This document shows, one piece after another, positions 34,420-48,614 of a stretch of DNA of 64,000 nt (position 1 is the stretch's first letter; each line of letters starts with the position of its first letter). This DNA is from the human T2T-CHM13v2.0 reference genome, Homo sapiens, in NCBI RefSeq assembly GCF_009914755.1, contig NC_060940.1; one strand, 5' to 3'. The notes under the pieces were generated by a model, which made no database searches, was not told the DNA's origin, and was given only the letters and a program-made list of their open reading frames with translations. The position numbers and the translations under genes are program-made.

Positions 34420-35560
34420 CCGCCTTCCAGCAGGGCGTGGTCTCTACAGAGGAGGTCAGGTCTCCCAGGCTTCCTCAGCGTCGACGCCGGGGAGCGCCCT
34501 GGGGTTGGGAGCGCCCGGGGCCCGCGAAGGAGGAGGTGGCTCAGGTGTCAGGGCGCACCGTGGGAACCGGCCCCGGGGGAGGCGTGGAAACGCGGGGCCT
34601 GGGACTCGACCAGCCTCTCCCGTGCGGATCGCAAAATCTCGGAGCTGAAACAGCCCGTTGTTCGCAGCCTCCCTCTGACCCGCCACCCTGCACATTGTTT
34701 TCCATTCGCCCGGGTCGCGGGTGGGAGGAGAGGCACGCCGGGGTTCTGGAGCTTGGCCGCGCGCCAGGCTTGTGGCCTTCGTCCCCCTGGGGCCACTGGG
34801 GCGGCCACGCCTCTCCGGCGGGAGGAGAGAACGCGTGGGTCCGGGTGGCTGCTCCGGCCCTTCCGCCTCCAGCTCGGCCATGGGGTCGCGCAGCTCCCAC
34901 GCCGCGGTCATTCCCGACGGGGACAGTATTCGGCGAGAGACCGGCTGTGAGTGCGCCCGCGTCGGCGGCTGCGGAGGGGACGGGGCGAACCCAGGCGTCT
35001 GGGGCTAGGGAAGGGGTTGGGTTGAAGGATGGACGAACTTACAAGTCTGGGGTCCGGGGCTCCCCGGAGCTGGAAGACCAAGGCCCCTGTGCCTGGGATC
35101 GCTGGGTTAGGGGCGGGTTAACCTAGGGGTCCCAGCCTCCAAGTCTGGGGAGGATCCGGGTTCACGGGGTCGGAGTCCAGAGGAATCCAGGCACCCAGGT
35201 GTCCTCCAGCCCGGCTCGAAGCTGAAGGCAGAGCTGACGGCGGTTGGAAGGGATGGCTTTGGTTCTTTGGTTTTCGGGAGGTTGCGAGCCGCCCGGGTCT
35301 TGAACCTGGATCTTCGCGGGGTCGTGTCACTCTCCCTCCGCCCCGGCCAGCTCAACCCCTGATTCCCCGGGATGATCGCCCCTTCCAGCCAGCCCCCGCT
35401 GTTCTGGCCCATCTTCCTGGCCTGTTGGGGCGGGTTTCTGGAGCTGGCCCTGCAGAGTCACACACCCCCACCCCACTCTCCTTCCCGCAGTCTCCCAAGC
35501 CAGCCTGCTCCGCCTGCACCACCGGTTCCGGGCACTGGACAGGAATAAGAAGGGCTACCT
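34420..35560. promoter_or_regulatory. CHP2: CpG island and TATA-less promoter of CHP2 (covers 5' UTR, exon 1, intron 1)
   Basis: Abrupt rise in GC and CpG content (e.g. gcgtcgacgccgg, gccgcgcgcc) against CpG-poor flanks; GC/CACCC boxes; no TATA box seen. The exact TSS cannot be read from sequence. Confidence 0.88.
34880..34946 (+). CDS. CHP2: CHP2 coding exon 1 (MGSRSS...ETG, phase 1)
   Basis: Strong Kozak gccATGG; donor T|gtgagt at 34947. Confidence 0.96.
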
Positions 35561-37414
35561 GAGGTGAGGGGGAGCCGGCCTCATAACTTCTGGCCTCTGT
35601 CTCTCTGACTCCATGTCCCTCTTTGACCCTCCGTCTGGCATCTCTGCCTTACCCTCTTTGAAATTTGGCTTTGCAGCCGCATGGATCTCCAGCAGATAGG
35701 GGCGCTCGCCGTGAACCCCCTGGGAGACCGAATTATAGAAAGCTTCTTCCCCGATGGGTGAGGCTTGCTGGGCGTGGGGAGGTGAAGGCGGGAAAACCGG
35801 TGTGTGAGTGGGTGGGAGGGGAGGTTAGAGACGGAGGCAAAGTGATGGCCAAGGTGACCACCACCTCTTTCCATTCTGTCCCGTCTCCCCAGGAGCCAGC
35901 GAGTGGATTTCCCAGGCTTTGTCAGGGTCTTGGCTCATTTTCGCCCTGTAGAAGATGAGGACACAGAAACCCAAGACCCCAAGAAACCTGAACCTCTCAA
36001 CAGCAGAAGGAACAAACTTCACTGTGAGTTTGTGAGGACCTGCACAAGTGAGAATGCAGATGTACCCACACCAGGGACAGGCTCCAGGGATCTCCCACTC
36101 CCTTCCTGAGGGCATTGACAACCTCCCCCCTCCTCCAAGGTGGGGGGAAGGAAGGTGGCTGCTGGAAGAGAGCCAGGGAAGACCTACCTTCCTTTCCCCC
36201 TCCCACCCTCTCCCCAGATGCATTTCAGCTCTATGACCTGGATCGCGATGGGAAGATCTCCAGGCATGAGATGCTGCAGGTTGGCAGAAAGCGAGAGCAA
36301 GAGATGTGATGTGTGAAGGATGGGATGGTTAAATGCAATGGTGTGAGAGATGGGGTGGGATGATTGGGGAACTGGGGCGCAGATAATTGGGGTATTGGTT
36401 GGGAAATGGGAATGGGTGCAGTTAGAGTGTGGGTTTGTTGGGAGTCGGAGTGGGGAGCAGTTGACTATGAGGTTGGGAATAGATCAGTGATTCTCAACTG
36501 GGGGTGATTTTGCTCCCTGAGTGAATATCTGGCAATATCTGGAGATGCTTTTTGTTGTCACAATGGGGGAGAGAGTGTGCTACTGGCATCTAGTGGGTAG
36601 AGGTCAGGAATGTGGCTATATATCATGCAATACCCAGGAGAGCCTCTTCCAACAAGGAGTTACCTGGCTCCAAATGTCAACAGTGCCAAGATTGAGAAAC
36701 TCTGGAACAGATGTGATGGAATGAGGATGGAATTAGAAACCCTTAGTGGCTAAGGTGGAGAATGGTGTGGAGGATGGATGGAGGTTGGGTGATAAAGTTG
36801 GGTAATGAGTTTGAGCATATTTTGAGGGTAGTGCAGGATGGTGAGGGAGAGATAGGAGATTGGTTGTTGAAGCAGTAGGGAAAATTATTGGGGGGATATG
36901 GTGAAAAATGGATGAAGGATGGATTATAAAATTAGCAATAACTTTTGGGATGAGGTGGGCAAGGTTTAGGAGATGGGGAGTTGCAGCCTTCGTGCCCCCT
37001 CCTTATGGCTGCCTCTTCACTCATCTCTCAGGTTCTCCGTCTGATGGTTGGGGTACAGGTGACAGAAGAGCAGCTGGAGAACATCGCTGACCGCACGGTG
37101 CAGGAGGCTGATGAAGATGGGGATGGGGCTGTGTCCTTCGTGGAGTTCACCAAGGTCAGAGTGCCCTTGGGGATTGGGGAGTTGAGATCAGGAGTTCTGG
37201 GGCAGACAGACTTGGGAAATGTTCAACGGAGGAGGGCGGAAAGATAGGGGTTGCCTGGGAATGATGGGGTCTCTGGAATGGGTAGAACCCTGGGGGAGGA
37301 GGTTGGGAGCAGGGAGAGCTGAGAGTCAAGCCTCTTGCCTGCCATTTGTTTTTCCCTCAGTCCTTAGAGAAGATGGACGTTGAGCAAAAAATGAGCATCC
37401 GGATCCTGAAGTGA
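34880..37414 (+). CDS. CHP2: Calcineurin B homologous protein 2, spliced CDS join(34880-34946,35491-35563,35677-35757,35893-36023,36218-36279,37032-37154,37361-37414); 591 nt, 196 aa
   Basis: Manual splicing at GT-AG boundaries gives an open frame [92 protein letters not shown]...[88 protein letters not shown], recognised as CHP2. Exon lengths 67+73+81+131+62+123+54=591. MGxxxS myristoylation motif; canonical EF-hand loops [12 protein letters not shown] and [12 protein letters not shown]. Confidence 0.97.
35491..35563 (+). CDS. CHP2: CHP2 coding exon 2 (degenerate EF-hand 1)
   Basis: Acceptor ctctccttcccgcag|TC; donor AG|gtgagg; encodes [25 protein letters not shown]. Confidence 0.96.
35677..35757 (+). 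CDS. CHP2: CHP2 coding exon 3
   Basis: Acceptor ggctttgcag|C; donor GG|gtgagg; encodes [27 protein letters not shown]. Confidence 0.96.
35893..36023 (+). CDS. CHP2: CHP2 coding exon 4 (EF2 remnant and interdomain loop)
   Basis: Acceptor gtctccccag|G; donor T|gtgagt; matches ORF 35903..36109 up to NKLH. Confidence 0.96.
36218..36279 (+). CDS. CHP2: CHP2 coding exon 5 (EF-hand 3)
   Basis: Acceptor ctctccccag|AT; donor CAG|gttggc; encodes [21 protein letters not shown]. Confidence 0.95.
36485..36704 (+). mobile_element. MER20 (hAT-Charlie) in CHP2 intron 5
   Basis: Termini cagtgattctcaa...ttgagaaactctg; internal tgctactggcatctagtgggtagagg; near-perfect 8-bp TSD GAATAGAT/GAACAGAT. Confidence 0.9.
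37032..37154 (+). CDS. CHP2: CHP2 coding exon 6 (EF-hand 4)
   Basis: Acceptor catctctcag|GTT; donor AAG|gtcaga; encodes VLRLMVG...[15 protein letters not shown]. Confidence 0.96.
37361..37414 (+). CDS. CHP2: CHP2 coding exon 7 (C-terminus and stop)
   Basis: Acceptor tttttccctcag|TCC; encodes [17 protein letters not shown] then TGA. Confidence 0.96.
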   Translation, partial: SLEKMDVEQKMSIRILK

Positions 37415-37502
37415 CTCCGTTTGTGCCTTGGGCTTGCTCCTGCAACCAGTATCTCCTTGGAATTCATCCAAAGCCCCCATGGACGCATGGACGCAGGGCG
37501 AC

Positions 37503-37508
37503 AATAAA
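37503..37508 (+). terminator. CHP2: Proximal polyadenylation signal AATAAA (candidate short 3' UTR)
   Basis: AATAAA about 90 nt after the stop, followed by a T-rich stretch. Confidence 0.45.
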
Positions 37509-37580
37509 CTGTATTTTCGTTTCTAACTCTATTTAGGGCCAAGAGAAGAAAGCTGGAAGGATGTGTACTAAAGTCTAGCT

Positions 37581-38062
37581 CAGCAGTCCCCAACCTTTTT
37601 GGCATCAGGGACAGTTTTTCCACGGATGGGTGACAGGGGATGGTTTTGGGATGATTCAAGTGCATTACATTTATTGTGCACTTTATTTCTATTATGATTA
37701 CATTGTAATATATAATGAAATAATTATACAACTCACCATAATGTAGAATCAGCAGGAGCCCTGAGCTTGTTTTCCTGCAATTAGACGGTCCCATATGGGA
37801 GTGATGGGAGACAGTGACAGATCATCAGGCATTAGATTCTCATAAGGAGTGCACAATCTAGATCCTTTGGTGTGCAGTTCACAGTAGGATTTGGGCTCCT
37901 ATGATAATCTAATGCCACTGCTGATCTGACAGGAGGCAGAGCTCAGGCGGTAATGCAAGCAATGGGGAGTGGCTGTAAATATAGATGAAGCTTCAGCTCG
38001 CCTGCCGCTCACCTTGTGCTGTGCAGCCCGGTTCCTAACAGACCACAGACCCCACACCAGGT
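37581..38062 (-). mobile_element. MER1A (hAT-Charlie) in the CHP2 3' UTR
   Basis: Starts cagcagtccccaacctttttggca; contains gtgcattacatttattgtgcactttatttc and the MER1 internal palindrome. Confidence 0.88.
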
Positions 38063-38084
38063 CTATCTCATTTGGTCTCAGAGC

Positions 38085-38640
38085 TGTGAATCAGCCAGCA
38101 ATATTTTAGTTGCAAATCACTGAAAACCCAACTCAAAGTGACTTAAGTCAGAAAGAAATTTTATGAATTCAGGTAATTAAAAAGTCCAGAAGTATCTGCC
38201 TTTAGGCACAGCTGGATCCAAGGGCACAAATGATGTCATCAGGCTCCAGTTATTCTCCATCTCCCAGCTCAGCTTTTTCTGTCTGTAAGCCTGATTTTCA
38301 GGAAGGCTCTTTCCTAGTGATGGAGATGACCACCATCAGCTCCAGGCTTCTATCCTGCTAACCCAGTAACCCAGTGGGAAGAGATTTACTTATTCCAATA
38401 ATTCCAAGTGGAGAGTGTCATTGACCCGTTTGGGGTCTCATCTCTACTTCTAGGGGAATGAAACACTCTGAGTGGCCAGGCCTGTGTCATGTGCTAATTC
38501 CTAGAGCCAGGGAAATAAGGTCTGAGGATTCAGGATGGGGTGAAAGGTGGTTGCTTAAAGGAAAATGAAATACAATTAGCAGAATAAGGGGAAACGAGTG
38601 GTCTGCTCTGCTCGGGCAAAACAAGAGATGCCCATTACTG
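38085..38640 (-). mobile_element. Old MaLR LTR (MLT1J/K-like) in the CHP2 3' UTR
   Basis: gttgcaaatcactgaaaacccaactcaaa...ggcacagctggatccaagggcacaaatgatgtcatcagg resembles the MLT1K antisense consensus; boundaries approximate. Confidence 0.6.
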
Positions 38641-38746
38641 TGAGGGACCCTTGAAGTCTGGACTCTTAAATGGGTTTTTGCTGATTTCCTGGGTGCATGC
38701 TAGGATGATGGGGCTTGATGCAGTAGGGAAGAGACGATGTAAAAAT

Positions 38747-38752
38747 AATAAA
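38747..38752 (+). terminator. CHP2: Distal polyadenylation signal AATAAA (probable main 3' end near 38770)
   Basis: AATAAA preceded by TGTA (38738) and followed by GT/T-rich sequence (gtgtg, cttgttttc). Confidence 0.7.
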
Positions 38753-38984
38753 CAATATATACCTTCCTAGAGTGTGAATGCATTCGAAGATTCTAAGAGT
38801 AAGCTTGTTTTCATGGTAAGATGTTCAAACATTGATATAAGATGGAATGGAGCAGGAAGTCCCATAAAACTATGAGACTCTATGTCTGCAGCAGAGCTCT
38901 CTGGTTGCACCTGTGGGAGACACTGTAATTGCCCTGCTGTTTTTCTCCCTCCCAGAGCTGGTCTTTGGTTGTCTTGTATCATCA

Positions 38985-39160
38985 ACACATGAGAACCAGT
39001 TGTGCTCATAACATCTCAACTCTGCTTTCAATGATATGTTAGCAGCTTGAAACTGGCTATAGCAGGAATATTTACACCACAGACATTGGTAACTGCAACA
39101 GGTTAAGGCTTTTTCCTCCTGGAAAGCCAGTTGTTAAACATTTATCTGCACACTACCTGC
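38985..39160. mobile_element. MER63A-like (hAT-Blackjack)
   Basis: Terminus agccagttgttaaacatttatctgcacactac. Confidence 0.6.
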
Positions 39161-39194
39161 TAGACATTTCCCATTACTTTGCATGCCAATGGTT

Positions 39195-39213
39195 TCTTTC
39201 CTTTTTTCTCCCT

Positions 39214-39269
<56 letters not shown>

Positions 39270-39321
39270 TTTCTTTCTTTCTTTTCTTATCTTTCTTTCC
39301 TTTTTTTTTTTTTTTTTTTTT
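39195..39321. repeat. (TTTC)n/poly-T microsatellite at an Alu tail
   Basis: Read directly. Confidence 0.95.
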
Positions 39322-39480
39322 GAGACAGGGTCTAGCTTTGTCACCCAGGCTGGAGTGCAGTGGCAGTCTTGGCTCACTGCAACCTCTGCCTCTCGGGCTC
39401 AAGCAATGCTCCCACCTCAGCCTCTTGAGTAGCTTGGACTACAGGCACATGCCACCATGCCTAGCTAATTTTTTTTTTAA

Positions 39481-40353
<873 letters not shown>

Positions 40354-40523
40354 ACTAGACCTTCCAGAACATAAGCTCACACTCAACCATGGTTGTGAGT
40401 ACTCAGTGGGACATTTTGAGGAAGCATTGCACAGCTGCTGGCACTTTCTGATTTTAGAAGTTTGAGGTCATGTAAACACGACACACTTTGGGGCCCCAGG
40501 AACCTGGAATTGTCCGGGGTTAA

Positions 40524-41029
<506 letters not shown>

Positions 41030-42162
41030 TGAGTAGCTGGGACTACAGGCGTGTGCCACCATGCCCGGCTAATTTTTGTATTTTTAGTAGAGACGGGGTT
41101 TCGCCATGTTGGCCAGGCTGCTCTTGAACTCCTGACCTCAAGTGATCCACCCGCCTCGGCCTCCCAAAGTGCTGGGATTACAGGCATGAGCCACCACACC
41201 TGGTCTGAACCCCCTTTTTTGGCTTCCCAAAGTACTGGGATTATAGGCAAGAGACAGTGTGCCCAACCCAGATATATATATTTTTAAATAAGTGATTCTG
41301 ATACCAGAAGATGAAGGAAAAAACTTTTAAAAACATTGACCTAAAGCTTCCGGCCAGGCTCCTAGTGACTGCTATCTATAAGAAGGTCTCCAACAGCCAT
41401 AAGGCACTGAGCATAGCACCGGGCCCACAGGCTCTAAAGAAAGGTCTCCCCATCCATTCATGCCCACACCTTCTCTAGGAACTCAGTACCAATCACTAGT
41501 GCTCCTCATCTAATAAGGGTTACTAGAGGGCCTGAGGGATCCCCAGGATTCCACTCGCTGCTCTGGTTGTTGGGGGCACAAACCACTCTCAGCACGAAAG
41601 TCCCCAGATCCCACCCAAACCTCAGGAGGGGAGGCTTTTGTCATGCAGGTGAGGGGCTGCAGTCTGGCTGCTGGGCAGAAACTGCTGAACGCCACCCTCC
41701 GGATGTCAAGTCTGGCAGATGCCTGTGGATTTGTTCTAGAGGGGTCCTGATGAGAAGCCCCTCTCCTGTGAGCAGCAGTTGACAATGTTTAGCGATTTGT
41801 TTACCATCGTCATTATTGTTGCTGTACAGTATCTATGTCCTGTACTGTTACTCATTGTTTGTCTATAAACACACTCATTTAAAATTTATACATTTGAGTT
41901 TGTAAAGGAAATTGTATTTACTCCTATAAATTTTATTTTCTTTTTAAAATATATTTTCTGCATCCAATCATCCATTATCACTCCTATAAAATAAAAGCAG
42001 CATCAATGGCTATAAATAAAATAACTACACAAATACAGTACATGCAAAGAAACAAAAAATACACATATAAGGGAATATCAACACAAAGAAATGATATATG
42101 TTTGAGGTGAAGAATATGCTAATTACCCTCATTTGAGAATTACACATTGTATGCATGTATCA

Positions 42163-42441
<279 letters not shown>

Positions 42442-43615
42442 TCAAACAAAAACAAAAACAAAAACAAAATATCAACTGTATTGCATAAATAAGTATGATT
42501 ATTATATGTCAATCAAAAATAATACTTTCTTTACAGGGGGGAGATTAACAAGTGTTAAAGAGTTTTAAAAGATAAACCTGCCTCAAACGGAGATTTCTCT
42601 TTGGTGATCTGAAGAATGCAAAAAAGAATTGAGAAGGGTACAATTTTTTTTTTCTTTTTTTGAGACCAGATCTTGCCCTGTCACCAAGCCTGGAGTGCAG
42701 TGGTGCAATTTTGGCACACCGCAGCCTCTACTTCCTGTGCTCAAGTGATCCTCTCACCTCAGCCTCCTGAATAGTTGGGATCACAGGTACATGCCACTAC
42801 ACCTCGTTAATTTTGCTATTTTTTGTAGAGATGGGGTCTTGCTATATTGCCTAGGCTGGAATTACAAGTGTGAGCTACCGCACCTGGTTAGGAATAACCT
42901 TTTCACTGTGTGATTCAATGTTATTGAGCTGTGTTGTTACTACCCAAAATCATCTTGTGTATGTGAGTGGTGTGTTTCCCACACCTTGGGAACCTCTGGC
43001 TGGAGCAATCTATGAGGAAATAAACTTGGGTTGAGTCTTCCCTTCCTGTCCCTTCAGGGAGCATCTGGAGGCAGCCATCAGTGGGCTGAACACCGTGATG
43101 CTCAGGTTGGCCACTGGTCAGGTTGGGTTTGGCAGAGGTTGGCCATCGTAGCGGAATTCACTTATCAGGCCAGGTCCAGGGACAAGTAACAGGACATTAT
43201 GACAGATGCTTCGTGGAGCTGGAAATATTAAAAGCAACAGCCCTCTGCTGACATTCGTCTCCAGAACCTGGTAAGACTTGTAAGTTTGGAGACAGGGCCC
43301 ATGAACTTGCCCACTTGCTGGGCTAAGATGGCAGAGTCCCCAAGGGAGAAACTGGAGGTGGCTCTAGTCCTGGTGCTTGCGATCCTCATTTGAGAGGGAG
43401 GGTGCTTCCCAGCCAGGAGTGGGAAGGGCACTGGAGTGGTCCCAGCTTGTTCCACTGTGGCTGCTGGGAAAGGCCTTGGCTATCCTGGAATTTTCTAGAA
43501 TAACTCATCTATGTATCTCAAAGAGGAGACGGGAGTTCCAGAAGAAGCACCTCTCCTTGCCAAGGAGACAAAACTTGAGAGGGTATGTAGGGAGCCCTCG
43601 GAAGAGAAGCAGGTA

Positions 43616-43958
43616 CAATCATGCATCACTTAGCGACTGGGAAATGAAATGCGTTGTTGGTGATTTCGTCATTGTATGAACATCATAAAGCGTACTTACA
43701 CAAACCTAGATGGTGTAGCCTACTACACGCCTAGGCGATACGGTGTAGCTGATTGCTCTCAGGCGAGGAGAAACCTGCACGGCATGTTACTGCATTAAAT
43801 ACTGTAGGCAACTGCAACATAATGGTAAGTATTTATGTATCTAAAGATAGCTAAACATAGGAATGTTACAGTAAAACTGTGGTATTACAGTCCTGTGGGA
43901 CCATCGTCATATATGTGGTCCATCATTGACCAAAACGTCATGACGCAGCGCATGGCTG
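43616..43958. mobile_element. Tigger3a (TcMar-Tigger MITE)
   Basis: TA|caatcatgc...gcatggctg|TA termini; internal acacaaacctagatggtgtagcctactacac. Confidence 0.85.
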
Positions 43959-44699
43959 TAGAAGGACGTAGGTAGTGATGTTGGGTAGACCTGGTTATGC
44001 TGCCATTGCCCCTTGCTAACTGATAAGGAAAATAGTTAGGAGTTCTGACCTTGTCCTCAGCCCTACCTAAGCAACACCAATAAAACTCTTTTTTTGTGAG
44101 TGATGGAGTCTCACTCTGTTGCCCAGGCTGGAGTGCAGTGGCGGGATCTCAGCTCACTGAAACCTCTGCTTCCCGGGTTTAAGTGATTCTCCTGCCTCAG
44201 CCAACCGAGTAGCTGGGATTACAGGTGCCCACTATGACGCCGGGCTAATTTTTGTATTTTTAGTAGAGATGGGGTTTTGCCATGTTGGCTAGGCTGGTCT
44301 TGAACTCCTGACCTCAGGTGATCCACCTGCCTTGGCCTTCTAAAGTGCTGGGATTACAGGCGTGAGCCACCACGCCTGGCTCCAATAAAACTCTTAATGT
44401 TTAAGAGGCAACATACAGACTTGATTCCTGGTAGAGCCCTACCCTGAGAATCAGTGTGGTTTAGTAAAACCACACTGGCGATACAGTATAGCTGAGTCTT
44501 GTTAGGCCTGGGTTTGAATCTGGACCCTTATAATGAGCTGCCGTACAACCTTGGGTAAGTGATTTTAACCCTTGGGGCTTTAGCTTCTGTCATCTGTGAC
44601 AGAGAGAGATACTAGCAGCTGTCCTCCAGAGCTGCATCTTATCCTTTCTCTCTCCCCCTCTCCCTCAAACCTACTTATTTTAGCTGAGGCCCTTGGCCT

Positions 44700-46602
<1,903 letters not shown>

Positions 46603-47246
46603 GGTTACAGGTGGGGATGCATAATTTTCTTGCAGGGAAGGAAAGTAGACATTAAAAAAAATGAATAATAAAATGGGCCTTATCTTACCGGTTAACATCT
46701 ATCATTTATCACGAAACTAAAGTAAATAAAATGGTTGGTTTGGGAAGCCTGTAAAGTTTAGGCAACTCTATGTAAACTGCTTTGTGAATGGATTTTTCTC
46801 ATGCTTATTAATGCAAAGCACTAAATAGGTAGATGTAAAAGAGCTTTGTGTATATAAATAATGTAAAGTATCTAGCAAACTATTACAGTATTCAAAAAAA
46901 TATAATAAAATACACTTTGGGAGGTCGAGATGGGAGGATCGCTTGAGGCTAGGCATTTGAGACCAGCTGGGCAACATAGTGAGATCATGTCTCTAAAAAG
47001 TAAAACATTAGCTGGCAGTGCACACCTATAGTCCTAGCTACTTAGGAGACTGAGGCAGGAGGATCACTTGAGCCCAAGGAGGTCCAGGCTGCTATGAGCT
47101 GTGATCATTCCTTGCATTCCAGCCTGGGCAACAGAATAAGAATCCATCTCTAGGCTGGGCGTGGTGGCTCACACCTGTAATCCCAGCACTTTGGGAGGCC
47201 GAGGTGGGTGGATCACGAGGTCAGGAGATCGAGACCATCCTGGCTA

Positions 47247-47477
<231 letters not shown>

Positions 47478-48013
47478 TTAGGAGGCTGAGTGGGAGGATC
47501 ACATGAGCTCAGGAGTTCAAGACTAGACTGGGCAACATAATGAGACCCTGTCTCTACAAAAAATACAAAAATTAGCCGAGTGTGGTGGTGTACACCTATA
47601 GTCCCAGATACTTAGGAGGCTGAGGCAGAAGAATTGCTTGAGCCCAGGGGGTTGAGGCTGCAGTGGAGTGAGCTGTAATCACATCACTGCACTCCAGCCT
47701 GGGTGACAGAGACAGATCTTGTCTCTTAAAAAAAAAAAGAAAGAAAAAAAGTGTGATTATTAATGTATTAATATAATCCTGAGATGCGGAAGCTTTCCTA
47801 AGAAGAATCATAAAGTAAAATATTAATAGTGTTGACTACATAAAAATTTAAAAAATTAAAGGTAAAAGACAAACTGGAGAATTATTTGCATCATGCATAT
47901 CAGACAACAGGTTGCAATCTTTTACATATAAGTAGCTCTTTCAATTGGAAGAATATGACCATCCTATATCCAACAATATGAACAAGAAGGTTTTTTTCTT
48001 TTTTTTTTTTTTA

Positions 48014-48369
<356 letters not shown>

Positions 48370-48614
48370 TCAACCTCAATGTTGATTAAAATTTGATTAA
48401 AATCACAACTCTTCTGAGGCCCAGTCTAGTTTTATATATCAAAAGCCCTAAAAATGGGGAGATTATTTGTCCCAGATCCTCATTTCTAGGCATGTATCCT
48501 AAGCAAATAATTAAGGATGTGCAAAAAGATATGACCTACCAGATTGTTCACTTAGGTCTTGTTTATAACAAACAAAGTGGATCATCAGAGTCATCCAACT
48601 GTGCGCCAATATGG

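Noticed and set aside
34207-35126. Long overlapping ORFs of 247 and 229 aa (+) and 151 and 119 aa (-) across the promoter
   Set aside because: Stop codons are scarce in a CpG island. The products are low-complexity Arg/Pro/Gly-rich with no recognisable family. The antisense ATG arises from the CCATGG palindrome at the CHP2 start.
37357-37794. 145-aa antisense ORF overlapping the CHP2 last exon
   Set aside because: Its N-terminal half is MER1A sequence; no promoter or splice support.
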